Shown here piece by piece: positions 1 through 10,251 of a stretch of DNA of 22,427 nucleotides (within the stretch, counting starts at the first letter, position 1; each line of letters starts with the position of its first letter). The notes beneath the pieces are model-generated. The model saw only the letters and a program-made list of their open reading frames with translations. It had not been told where the DNA came from and searched no databases. The position numbers were made by a program, and so were the translations under genes. Source of the DNA: Burkholderiales bacterium RIFCSPHIGHO2_12_FULL_69_20 (GTDB lineage: Bacteria > Pseudomonadota > Gammaproteobacteria > Burkholderiales > Burkholderiaceae_C); assembly GCA_001770815.1 (NCBI GenBank), contig MESD01000042.1, forward strand, positions 12,973 to 35,399, in the 5' to 3' direction.

Positions 1-357
1 GACAGTGACAGCGAAGCGCTGTTCATGGGCCTGCCCGGCAACCCGGTGTCCAGCTTCGTGACCTTTCTGCTGGCGGTGGCGCCGGTGCTGCGCGCGTTGC
101 AGGGCTGCACCGACGCGATGCCGCAGGCGGTGCAGGTGCGCGCCGACTTTGATTGGTCGACACCCGACAAGCGGCGCGAATTTCTGCGCGCGCGCTTCAA
201 TGCCCAGGGCGGCGTCGAGCTGTTCCCCAACCAGAGTTCGGGCGTGCTCACCTCGGCCGTGTGGGCCGATGGCCTGGTCGACAACCCGTCGGGCCAGGTG
301 GTGCGGCGCGGCGACACCGTGCGCCTGCTGCTGTTGTCCTCGTTGATCGGCGCCTGA
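1..357 (+). CDS. moeA: Molybdopterin molybdenumtransferase MoeA, C-terminal part (5' end lies outside the window)
   Basis: Frame 1 is open from base 1. The translation ...SEALFMGLPGNPVSSFVTFLLAVAPVLRAL... carries the GLPGNPVS motif and a MoeA-type C-terminal domain (REFLRARF...QSSGVLTS...GDTV). It is followed directly by moaD and moaE. Confidence 0.8.
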   Translation, partial: DSDSEALFMGLPGNPVSSFVTFLLAVAPVLRALQGCTDAMPQAVQVRADFDWSTPDKRREFLRARFNAQGGVELFPNQSSGVLTSAVWADGLVDNPSGQVVRRGDTVRLLLLSSLIGA

Positions 358-359
358 GC

Positions 360-632
360 ATGAGCCTGTCCTCCACCAACGCCACCGTCACCGTGCGCTA
401 CTTCGCCTCGCTGCGCGAGTTGCTGGGCGCCTCTGAGACCGTCGAGCTGGCGCCCGCCACCACGCTGGGCCAGCTGCGTGATGCGCTGATCGCACGCGGT
501 GGCCGCCATGCCGAAGCGCTGGCCCGCGGCCGCGCACTGCGCTGCGCACTGAACCAGGTGATGGCCGACGAGGCCACGCCGGTGCCGGCCGGCGCCGAGG
601 TGGCCTTCTTCCCGCCGGTGACCGGCGGCTGA
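360..632 (+). CDS. moaD: Molybdopterin synthase sulfur-carrier subunit MoaD
   Basis: The ATG at 360 lies 3 nt after the moeA stop. The 90-aa product has a ubiquitin-like ThiS/MoaD pattern (VRYFASLRE...EVAFFPPVTGG) and ends in the obligatory C-terminal Gly-Gly. Confidence 0.85.
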   Translation: MSLSSTNATVTVRYFASLRELLGASETVELAPATTLGQLRDALIARGGRHAEALARGRALRCALNQVMADEATPVPAGAEVAFFPPVTGG

Positions 633-669
633 TCCGCCCGCACTGCCCGCGTTGAACAGGAACATCGCC

Positions 670-1170
670 ATGGCCCCGACCCCGCGCGTGCACATCCAGA
701 CCGAGGATTTCGACCTGTCCGCCGAGGTGGCGGCGCTGCGCGCAGGCGACGGCGGCGTGGGCGCGGTGACCAGCTTCGTCGGCACGGTGCGCGATCGCAC
801 GGCGGGCCAGCCCGGAACCATCAGCACCATGGAACTGGAGCATTACCCCGGCATGACCGAGCGTGCCATCGAGGCCATGATCGACGAGGCCTTCCGGCGT
901 TTCGACCTGCGTGGCGCGCGGGTGATCCACCGCGTGGGCCTGCTGCAGCCGCTGGACCAGATCGTGCTGGTGGTGGTCAGCTCGGCGCACCGCGGTGAAT
1001 CCTTCAAGGGCTGCGAGTTCCTGATGGACTACCTGAAGACCCAGGCCCCGTTCTGGAAGAAGGAAACCACGCCCGAAGGCGCCCGCTGGGTGGATGCCCG
1101 GGTGGCCGACGACGCGGCACTGGCGCGCTGGGGCCTGCGCTCGGGCAACCTGCCGGCCACCGCGGCATGA
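670..1170 (+). CDS. moaE: Molybdopterin synthase catalytic subunit MoaE
   Basis: The ATG at 670 is preceded by AGGA 8 nt upstream. A TTG at 652 is an alternative start. MoaE-like motifs are present (GAVTSFVGTVRD, MELEHYPGMTE, APFWKKE). The gene sits downstream of moaD. Confidence 0.85.
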   Translation: MAPTPRVHIQTEDFDLSAEVAALRAGDGGVGAVTSFVGTVRDRTAGQPGTISTMELEHYPGMTERAIEAMIDEAFRRFDLRGARVIHRVGLLQPLDQIVLVVVSSAHRGESFKGCEFLMDYLKTQAPFWKKETTPEGARWVDARVADDAALARWGLRSGNLPATAA

Positions 1171-1562
1171 GCATGAGCATCAGCATCACTGCGCTGCAGG
1201 CCAGCGCCGTGGCGTGCGGGGCGGCCATCGGCGCCTTGCTGCGCTGGGGCGCGGGCATGGCCTTCAACGGGCTGTGGGCGGGCTTTCCGCTGGGCACGCT
1301 GCTGGTCAATGCCCTGGGTGGTTTGATGATCGGCGCGGCGATCGTGTGGTTTGCGCGCTCGCCCGACGAGTTGCTGCGGCTGCTGCTGGTCACCGGGCTG
1401 CTGGGCGGCTTCACCACCTTCTCGTCGTTCTCGGCCGAATCGCTGGGCCTGATCCAGCGCGGCGACTTCGGCCTGGCGCTGCTGCACAGCGCGGCCCACC
1501 TGCTGGGCGCGCTGGCCTGCACGGCGATCGGTTTCGGCCTGGCGCGGCTGCTGCTGCGCTGA
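1167..1562 (+). CDS. crcB: Fluoride ion channel CrcB/FluC
   Basis: The 131-aa product is a four-TM hydrophobic protein with the CrcB signature GTLLVNALGG ... GLLGGFTTFSSF. Its ATG overlaps the moaE stop (ATGA at 1167-1170). Confidence 0.85.
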   Translation: MSMSISITALQASAVACGAAIGALLRWGAGMAFNGLWAGFPLGTLLVNALGGLMIGAAIVWFARSPDELLRLLLVTGLLGGFTTFSSFSAESLGLIQRGDFGLALLHSAAHLLGALACTAIGFGLARLLLR

Positions 1563-1648
1563 GGCCGGCCCAGCGTCTTGATCGCCGTTGGCAGATCGCG
1601 GTCGGACAAGGTGACCCGCTCAATTCAGTTTCATACATTAGGGCCACG

Positions 1649-2194
1649 ATGAGGTCACCGGACATTCCTGCCAACGCGGCCATTTCTGCCAACGCGGCCA
1701 TTCCTGCCGATACGCTGCTGCCGCCCAAGGCCCTGCGCGCGGCGCTGGGGCGGTTTGCCACCGGCGTCACCATCATCACCTGCAACGATGCCGACGGCAC
1801 GCCGGTGGGGCTGACGGCCAATTCGTTCACCTCGCTGTCGCTCGATCCACCGCTGGTGCTGTGGAGCCTGCGCCAGGCCAGCGGCAGCCTGGCCGCCTTC
1901 GTCGGGTCGCGCCATTTCGCGATCAACGTGCTGGCCGAGACGCAGGTGGAGTTGTCGCGCCGTTTTGCGTCACAGCAATCCGACAAGTTTGCCGAGGGCG
2001 CGTGGGCACCGGGCATCGGCGGCGTGCCAGTGCTGGCGGGCTGCGCGGCTGTTTTCGAATGCGCGGTCGAGACGTGCCAGGACGCGGGCGACCATGTGCT
2101 GTTCATCGGCCGCGTGCTGCGGCTGGCCGACCTGGCGGTGGCGCCGCTGCTGTTTCAGGGTGGGCATTACCGGATGTTGGGAGAGATCTTGTGA
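1649..2194 (+). CDS. Flavin reductase domain protein (NAD(P)H:flavin oxidoreductase, HpaC-like small component)
   Basis: The ATG is at 1649. The sequence LGRFATGVTIITCNDADGTPVGLTANSFTSLSLDPPLVLWSL ... GDHVLFIGRV matches the flavin_reduct split-barrel family. Confidence 0.8.
   Translation: MRSPDIPANAAISANAAIPADTLLPPKALRAALGRFATGVTIITCNDADGTPVGLTANSFTSLSLDPPLVLWSLRQASGSLAAFVGSRHFAINVLAETQVELSRRFASQQSDKFAEGAWAPGIGGVPVLAGCAAVFECAVETCQDAGDHVLFIGRVLRLADLAVAPLLFQGGHYRMLGEIL
1664..1708 (+). repeat. In-frame 18-bp tandem repeat (2.5 copies) inside the N-terminus of the flavin reductase
   Basis: The units are attcctgccaacgcggcc / atttctgccaacgcggcc / attcctgcc. They encode IPANAA-ISANAA-IPA. Confidence 0.8.
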
Positions 2195-3240
2195 GCTTGA
2201 GTCAACGCATCGAAGCCAAGTGGATCGACAGCTTCGTCGAGGTGTTCCGCCTGTGCGGTGTCAAGCCGGGGGATGCCTGCGCGATCCTGTCCGAGACGCA
2301 ATCGCGCGCCGCGCTGGTGCAATTGAGCGAGCTGGCGCTGGCCCGGCTGGGCGCACGCTGGTTCCACGTTGTGCTGCCCACGCCGCGCCAGACGGCGCCG
2401 GTGCCGGTGCGCTCGACCGGTGCGTCGGACGCCATCGGCCAGCTGGGCCCGGTGGTGGCCGCGCTGGCCGGCAGTGTGTTCATCGCCGACTGCACCGTCG
2501 AGGGCCTGCAGCATGCGGTGGAGCTGCCCGCCATCCTGCAGGGCGGCGCCCGGGTGATGGTGGTCAGCAACGAGCATCCCGAGATCCTGGAGCGCACGGC
2601 GCCACGCGCCGAGGACGAAGCGCCGGTGCGCGACGCGATGCGCCGGCTGAAAGGCGCGCGGGTGATGCAGGTCACTTCCGCGGCGGGCACCGACATCACC
2701 ATCTCGCTGACCGGCGCGCGCATCGGCGGCGTGTGGGGCTTCACCGCCAAGCCGGGCAGCCTGACGCATTGGCCGGCCGGGCTGGTGCTGGCCTTTCCGG
2801 CGGCGGGCTCGGTCAGCGGCACGCTGGTGATGGCGCCGGGCGACGTCAACCTGACCTTCAAGCGCTACCTGGCCGACCCGGTGACGCTGCGCATCGCCGA
2901 CGACCATGTCACCGCGATCGAGGGCCACAGCGTGGACGCCGAGCTGATGCGGGGTTACTTCGCGGCCTGGGCGACACATCCTGGCGACCGTTCGGCCTAT
3001 GCCGTGTCGCACGTCGGCTGGGGCCTCAACCGCCACGCCCGCTGGGACGCGATGACCTTCTACGACAAGGCCGACTTCAACGGCACCGAGCTGCGTGCCT
3101 TCGCCGGCAGCTTTCTCTACAGCACCGGCGCCAACGAGGTGGCCGGCCGCCACACGCTGGGGCACTTCGACCTGCCGATGCGCGGCTGCACCGTCACCAT
3201 CGACGGCGTGGCGGTGGTCGTTGGCGGGGTGCTGGTGTGA
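2191..3240 (+). CDS. NicX-like Fe(II) ring-cleavage dioxygenase (2,5-dihydroxypyridine 5,6-dioxygenase family, aminopeptidase-T-like fold)
   Basis: The GTG at 2191 overlaps the upstream stop (GTGA). The C-terminal half (YAVSHVGWGLNRHARWDAM...FAGSFLYSTGANEVAGRHTLGHFDLPM) aligns from memory with P. putida NicX (ISHIGWGL...NFLFSTGPN...CHLDIPL). The recalled metal ligands are conserved as H274 and H325-x-D327. Confidence 0.7.
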   Translation: MSLSQRIEAKWIDSFVEVFRLCGVKPGDACAILSETQSRAALVQLSELALARLGARWFHVVLPTPRQTAPVPVRSTGASDAIGQLGPVVAALAGSVFIADCTVEGLQHAVELPAILQGGARVMVVSNEHPEILERTAPRAEDEAPVRDAMRRLKGARVMQVTSAAGTDITISLTGARIGGVWGFTAKPGSLTHWPAGLVLAFPAAGSVSGTLVMAPGDVNLTFKRYLADPVTLRIADDHVTAIEGHSVDAELMRGYFAAWATHPGDRSAYAVSHVGWGLNRHARWDAMTFYDKADFNGTELRAFAGSFLYSTGANEVAGRHTLGHFDLPMRGCTVTIDGVAVVVGGVLV

Positions 3241-4055
3241 CGCCGCAACTCATCACCCACACGCCGCTGGCCCACCTGCGTTGGGACGGCGGCGGCGTGC
3301 CGGTGGTGCTGATGCACGGTGTGGGCGGTGGCCGCGAGGCCTGGAGCGACGCCTGCATGGGCCCGGGCGCCGGCACCGGCGCGGCCCTGGCGGCGGCGGG
3401 CTTCACCGCGCTGGCCGTGGATTGTCCGGGCTATGGCCTGTCGGCCGCGGTCGAGCCTTACGACCTGGCCGGCATGGCTGGCGCGGTGATCAATACGCTG
3501 GCCGCGCTGGGCGCCGGGCCGGCGATCCTGCTGGGCCACAGCATGGGCGGCATGGTGGCGCAGGAGGTCATCGCCCGCGCGCCGCAGGCGGTGGCCGGCC
3601 TGGTGCTGGCCGGCACCTCGCCTGCCTTCGGCAAGCCGGGTGTTGATTGGCAGCAGGTCTTCCTGCAGTCGCGCTTCGCGCCGCTGGACGCCGGGCTGGG
3701 CATGGCCGGCCTGGCCACGCAGCTGGTGCCTGCGATGGTGGCGCCGGGCACCCCGCCTGGGGTGATGGCCGCGGCGCAGGCGCTGATGGCCGGTGTGCCC
3801 GAGGCCACCTACCGCCGCGCGGTGGCGGCGCTGGTGGCCTTTGATCGCCGTGCCAACCTGCCCCACATCGCCGTGCCCACGCTGGTCATCACCGGCGAGC
3901 ACGACCGCACCGCGCCGTCCGAGGTGGCACGCAAGATGGCCGAACGCATCGCCGGTGCGGCCTGCACCATCCTGCCGGGCGCCGGGCACCTGCTCAACAT
4001 CGAGCAGCCCCAAACCTTCAACAGCGCGCTGCTGGCCTTTCTGGCGGCGCGCTGA
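3237..4055 (+). CDS. Alpha/beta-fold hydrolase (NicD/deformylase-like position in the operon)
   Basis: The GTG at 3237 overlaps the upstream stop (GTGA). It has an HGVGGG oxyanion region, the nucleophile elbow GHSMGG, and a C-terminal GAGHLLNIEQP containing the catalytic His. Confidence 0.8.
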   Translation: MTPQLITHTPLAHLRWDGGGVPVVLMHGVGGGREAWSDACMGPGAGTGAALAAAGFTALAVDCPGYGLSAAVEPYDLAGMAGAVINTLAALGAGPAILLGHSMGGMVAQEVIARAPQAVAGLVLAGTSPAFGKPGVDWQQVFLQSRFAPLDAGLGMAGLATQLVPAMVAPGTPPGVMAAAQALMAGVPEATYRRAVAALVAFDRRANLPHIAVPTLVITGEHDRTAPSEVARKMAERIAGAACTILPGAGHLLNIEQPQTFNSALLAFLAAR

Positions 4056-4101
4056 TTGCCCGGTTTCGAATCCCGTACCGAACCCGTTCCCAGGAGCTCC
4101 G

Positions 4102-5403
4102 ATGTCTGCCGCGCTCACGCCCCCCACCCCCCCCGCCGCGCCCTCGCGCTACCAGCCTTCGCACATCTGCGGCAACCCCGACGTGCTGACGCCGCTGCAG
4201 CGTGAGCTGATCGCCCGCGTGACCGCGCTGGGCCCGCGCTGGGCCGAGCGGGCCTACCGCTACGACCGCGAGGCCAGCTTCCCGTTCGAGAACTACGACG
4301 ATCTGCGCGAGGCTGGCCTGCTGGGCATCTGCGTGCCCACCCGCTTTGGCGGGCAGGGCGCCGACTTTGCCACCTACGTGATGGTGGCCGCCGAGATCGG
4401 CCGCTGGTGCGGCGCCACTGCGCTGAGCTTCAACATGCATGTCAGCTCGTGCCTGTGGGCCGGCGAGATCGCCGACGCGCTGGACATGACGCCCGAGCAG
4501 CGCGCCAACCACGACGTGCACCGCGCCATCCACTTCGCGCGCATCGTCGACGAAGGCAAGGTCTACGCCCAGCCGTTCTCCGAAGGCGGCGCGGCGGCGG
4601 CCGGCGCGGCGCCCTGGGGCACCATCGCGCGCAAGGTCGACGGCGGCTATGTGGTCAGCGGCAAGAAGATCTTCGCCTCACTGGCCGGCGCGGCCGACAC
4701 CTACGGCGTGCTGTGCACGCTGGACCGGCCCGACCGCGCCGGCGGCGGCACGCGGCGTGATTCGATGTACCTGGCGGTGCCGGCCGACGCGCCGGGTGTG
4801 ACCGTGGTGGGCGACTGGGACCCGCTGGGCATGCGCGGCACCGTCAGCCGCAACCTGATCTTCCAGGACGTGGTCGTGCCCGAGACGGCGCGCATGATGC
4901 CCGAGGGCCTGTACTTCCAGGCGGCCAGCCGCTACCCGCACATGTTTGCCACGCTGTCGCCCACCTACCTGGGCGTGGCGCAGGCAGCCTACGACTTCAC
5001 CGTGCAATACCTGCGCGCCGAGGTGCCGGGCATGCCGCCGGTCAAGCGCCGCATGTACCCGACCAAGCAGTACGCGGTGGCCGAGATGCGGATCAAGCTG
5101 GAGGCCACGCGGGCGCTGTTTCTGCAGAACGCGCGCGATGCCTGCATCGACCCCGACAAGGACATGCGCATGCGTTTGTACGCGGCGCACTACACCATCA
5201 TGGAGAACGCCAACGACATCTGCCGGCTGGCGATCCGCACCTGTGGCGGGCAGTCGATGCTGAAGTCCTTGCCGCTGGAGCGGCTGTACCGCGACAGCCG
5301 CTGCGGCAGCCTGATGCTGCCCTGGACCGCCGAGCTGTGCATGGACCGGCTGGGCCGCGAATGCCTTTACGAGGCCGGCGAGCGGGACGAGGCGATCGAG
5401 TGA
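4102..5403 (+). CDS. Acyl-CoA dehydrogenase-fold flavoprotein, probably the oxygenase component of a two-component flavin monooxygenase
   Basis: The ATG at 4102 is preceded by AGGAG at 4092-4096. The N-terminus is ACAD-like (ENYDDLREAGLLGICVPTRFGGQGADF...AAEIGRWCGATALSFNMH). The C-terminus reads ERLYRDSRCGSLMLPWTAEL where canonical ACADs have ...IYEGT.... Confidence 0.75.
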   Translation: MSAALTPPTPPAAPSRYQPSHICGNPDVLTPLQRELIARVTALGPRWAERAYRYDREASFPFENYDDLREAGLLGICVPTRFGGQGADFATYVMVAAEIGRWCGATALSFNMHVSSCLWAGEIADALDMTPEQRANHDVHRAIHFARIVDEGKVYAQPFSEGGAAAAGAAPWGTIARKVDGGYVVSGKKIFASLAGAADTYGVLCTLDRPDRAGGGTRRDSMYLAVPADAPGVTVVGDWDPLGMRGTVSRNLIFQDVVVPETARMMPEGLYFQAASRYPHMFATLSPTYLGVAQAAYDFTVQYLRAEVPGMPPVKRRMYPTKQYAVAEMRIKLEATRALFLQNARDACIDPDKDMRMRLYAAHYTIMENANDICRLAIRTCGGQSMLKSLPLERLYRDSRCGSLMLPWTAELCMDRLGRECLYEAGERDEAIE

Positions 5404-6869
5404 GACCTGGCGTGGCCGCTGCACGCCCGCTGTACGACCGCCTGCGCGCACAAGCCACGCGTGCGCCCGCGGCGCTGGCGCTGCAGGCGGGCGAGCGCTC
5501 GCTCACCTTGCCCGACCTGCTTTCACTGGCCGACCGCATGGTGGCGCAGTGGCAGGCCGAGGGCCTGGGGCCGGGCAGCTTCATCGGCTGGCTCGGCCAC
5601 AACAGCCCCGAGATGCTGGCCGCGCTGCTGGCCTGCGCCCAACTGGGCGCGGTGTTCGTGCCGCTGAACTGGCGGCTGGCCGCACCCGAACTGGCGGCCA
5701 TCACCACGCATGCCGGGCTGTCGGCGCTGAAGCACACGCCCGAGCTGGCGGGTCTGTCGGGCGAGGTGGCGGCGCTGGCCCCGCCTGCCGGCCCGATCGA
5801 GCCGGCGCAACCGGGCGACGTGTTGCTGGTCTACACCAGCGGCACCACCGGCGAGCCCAAGGGCGCGATGCACAGCCAGGCCGGCATGGTCGCCAACCTC
5901 GACATCGCGCTGGCGGTGCAGGGCCTGACGCCGGCCGACCGCGTGCTGGCGGTGCTGCCGCTGTTCCACGTCGGCGGGCTGTGCATCCAGGTGCTGCCGG
6001 CACTCGCCGTGGGCGCGCCGGTGCATCTGCATGCGCGCTTCGACCCGGCAGCCTGGCTGCACGACGTGGCCGCCTGGCGCGCCACCACCAGCCTGCTGGT
6101 GCCGGCGGTGATGCAGGCCATCCTGGCGCATCCGGGCTGGCCATCGGCCGACCTGAGCAGCCTGCGCTTTCTCAACAGCGGCTCGGCTATCGTGCCGGTG
6201 GCGCTGATCGAGGCCTTCCACGCCCGCGGGGTGCCGATGGCGCAGGTTTACGGCAGCACCGAGACCGGACCGTTCTCGATCGCGCTCAAGCCCGACGAGG
6301 CGCTGGCCCAGGTGGGCAGCGTCGGCCGACCGGCGCTGGGCGTGTGGCTGAAGCTGGCGAATGCCTCGGGTGCCTCGGGCACCGAGGTGCCGGCCAGCGA
6401 GGTCGGCGAGATCCAGTTGCGCGCGCCCAACCTGATGCGCGGTTATCACCGGCTGCCGGCGGGATCAGGTTTCATCGACGGCTGGTTTGCCACCGGCGAC
6501 CTGGCGTGCGCCGATGCCGAGGGCTGGGTGACGGTGGTCGGCCGCAGCAAGGACATGATCATCTCGGGCGGCGAGAACATCTACCCGCCCGAGATCGAGA
6601 ACCTCGCCGCCACCTGGCCCGGCGTGGCTGAAGCCGCGGTGGTGGGCCTGCCCGATGCGCGCTGGGGCGAGGTGCCGGTGCTGGTGCTGACGGCGCGCGC
6701 CGGCGCGGTGGTGGATGTGGACGCGCTGCGCCAGCATTTCAACGCCCGGCTGGCGCGCTTCAAGCACCCACGGCGCATCGTGCTGGTCGACCAAATGCCG
6801 CGCACCGCGCTGGGCAAGGTGCAGAAGGCCGCGCTGCGGGCGCAACTGGGCGATCTGCCGCCGGGCTGA
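5400..6869 (+). CDS. AMP-dependent synthetase/ligase (acyl- or aryl-CoA ligase family)
   Basis: The GTG at 5400 overlaps the upstream stop (GTGA). It has the AMP-binding motif LVYTSGTTGEPKGAMHS, then YGSTETG, GWFATGD, GRSKDMIISGGENIYPPEIE, and a terminal PRTALGKVQK lysine. Confidence 0.85.
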   Translation: MRPGVAAARPLYDRLRAQATRAPAALALQAGERSLTLPDLLSLADRMVAQWQAEGLGPGSFIGWLGHNSPEMLAALLACAQLGAVFVPLNWRLAAPELAAITTHAGLSALKHTPELAGLSGEVAALAPPAGPIEPAQPGDVLLVYTSGTTGEPKGAMHSQAGMVANLDIALAVQGLTPADRVLAVLPLFHVGGLCIQVLPALAVGAPVHLHARFDPAAWLHDVAAWRATTSLLVPAVMQAILAHPGWPSADLSSLRFLNSGSAIVPVALIEAFHARGVPMAQVYGSTETGPFSIALKPDEALAQVGSVGRPALGVWLKLANASGASGTEVPASEVGEIQLRAPNLMRGYHRLPAGSGFIDGWFATGDLACADAEGWVTVVGRSKDMIISGGENIYPPEIENLAATWPGVAEAAVVGLPDARWGEVPVLVLTARAGAVVDVDALRQHFNARLARFKHPRRIVLVDQMPRTALGKVQKAALRAQLGDLPPG

Positions 6870-6887
6870 ACGCCGCCGCCGCGGCCG

Positions 6888-7415
6888 TCAGTTCAGCACG
6901 ACGGGCGCAGCCGGCTCGGTCGGCGCGGCCGCGGGCCCGCCCCAGCCCCAATCGGCCTCTTTCAGCGCCTGCTCCAGCAGCCGCATCAGCGCGGTGGCCA
7001 GGTCGTCGTTGAGCTTGAGCGCCATGCGCCGCCCGCCGGCCTCACGCAGTTGCAGCGCCAGGCCCTTGCCGTCGGGGCCGGGCCCCAGGTCGATGGCCTC
7101 GGGCAGCAGCGGCTCGGGGCCCAGTGGCTGGGCCACCGGCTGGGCGTTGAAGGGCTCGTTGAAGCGCGCGGTGGGCAGCGGCCGTTCACGCGCGGCTTGG
7201 GCCATCATCGCCTGCGCCTCGGGCAGCACGGTGGCGTTGGGCACCACCTGGGCCACGCCGGCCTGGGTGACGATCTTGCTCATCGGCGGCCACAGCAGCT
7301 TGAGCATGCGGCGCGTCAGCCAGACCGCAAACAACTCGCCGGCGGCGGTGCGCACCTGCCACAACACGCGGTCGGGGCCGGGCTGGTAACGCACTTGCAT
7401 CTGATGGATGTTCAC
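6888..7415 (-). CDS. Hypothetical protein with two internally duplicated ~40-aa modules
   Basis: The 175-aa ORF is convergent with the ligase gene. Its composition looks like real coding sequence, not the Arg/Pro-rich shadow type. The start is uncertain: GTG at 7415 or ATG at 7400. I recognise no family. Confidence 0.55.
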   Translation of the reverse strand: MNIHQMQVRYQPGPDRVLWQVRTAAGELFAVWLTRRMLKLLWPPMSKIVTQAGVAQVVPNATVLPEAQAMMAQAARERPLPTARFNEPFNAQPVAQPLGPEPLLPEAIDLGPGPDGKGLALQLREAGGRRMALKLNDDLATALMRLLEQALKEADWGWGGPAAAPTEPAAPVVLN

Positions 7416-7553
7416 CCGCTGATTCTAGAAGCGGGTACGGTGCAGCGGTATCCCGGGTCTCGGCGGTGGCGGTGGCAGCGGTGCGGGTGCAGTTTGGCCG
7501 TCAGGACCATTGATCTGGCGCAAGCATGGCGCGGCCGGCCGACCGCCGTGGCA

Positions 7554-7582
7554 CTTGAAATGCGTGGCCGGCAGCCCAATGT
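7554..7582 (+). promoter_or_regulatory. Sigma-32 (RpoH) heat-shock promoter of clpB
   Basis: CTTGAAA (7554-7560), a 14-nt spacer, then CCCAATGT (7575-7582). The E. coli-type consensus is CTTGAAA-N13-15-CCCCATNT. It lies 27 nt upstream of the GGAGGA RBS and ATG of clpB. Confidence 0.65.
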
Positions 7583-7608
7583 CCTTGCTAATTCGGAGGA
7601 TTTCCACC

Positions 7609-10212
<2,604 letters not shown>

Positions 10213-10251
10213 TCGACCTGCGGCCCGCCGGCCACGCCGCGGGCCGGTAGG

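Noticed and set aside
388-990. A 200-aa minus-strand ORF, plus similar ORFs at 1004-1609 and 1411-2106, overlapping moaD, moaE, crcB and the flavin reductase.
   Set aside because: The translations are Arg/Ala/Pro/Gly-rich low-complexity strings, typical of shadow ORFs in ~70% G+C DNA. The opposite strand encodes proteins with clear family motifs.
1861-3236. Long N-terminal extensions of the track ORFs 1861-3240 and 1965-4055. These would make the NicX-like and hydrolase genes much larger and overlapping.
   Set aside because: The upstream parts are read in the wrong frames across neighbouring genes and give Arg/Gly/Pro-rich sequence. GTG starts at 2191 and 3237 fit the family N-termini and give the GTGA coupling pattern.
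10221-10246. The hairpin cggcccg-N12-cgggccg between convergent clpB and the kinase gene, as a bidirectional terminator.
   Set aside because: It has only a 7-bp stem and a 12-nt loop, with no U/A tract on either side. Such G+C-rich stems are common by chance in this DNA. It is possible but not supportable.
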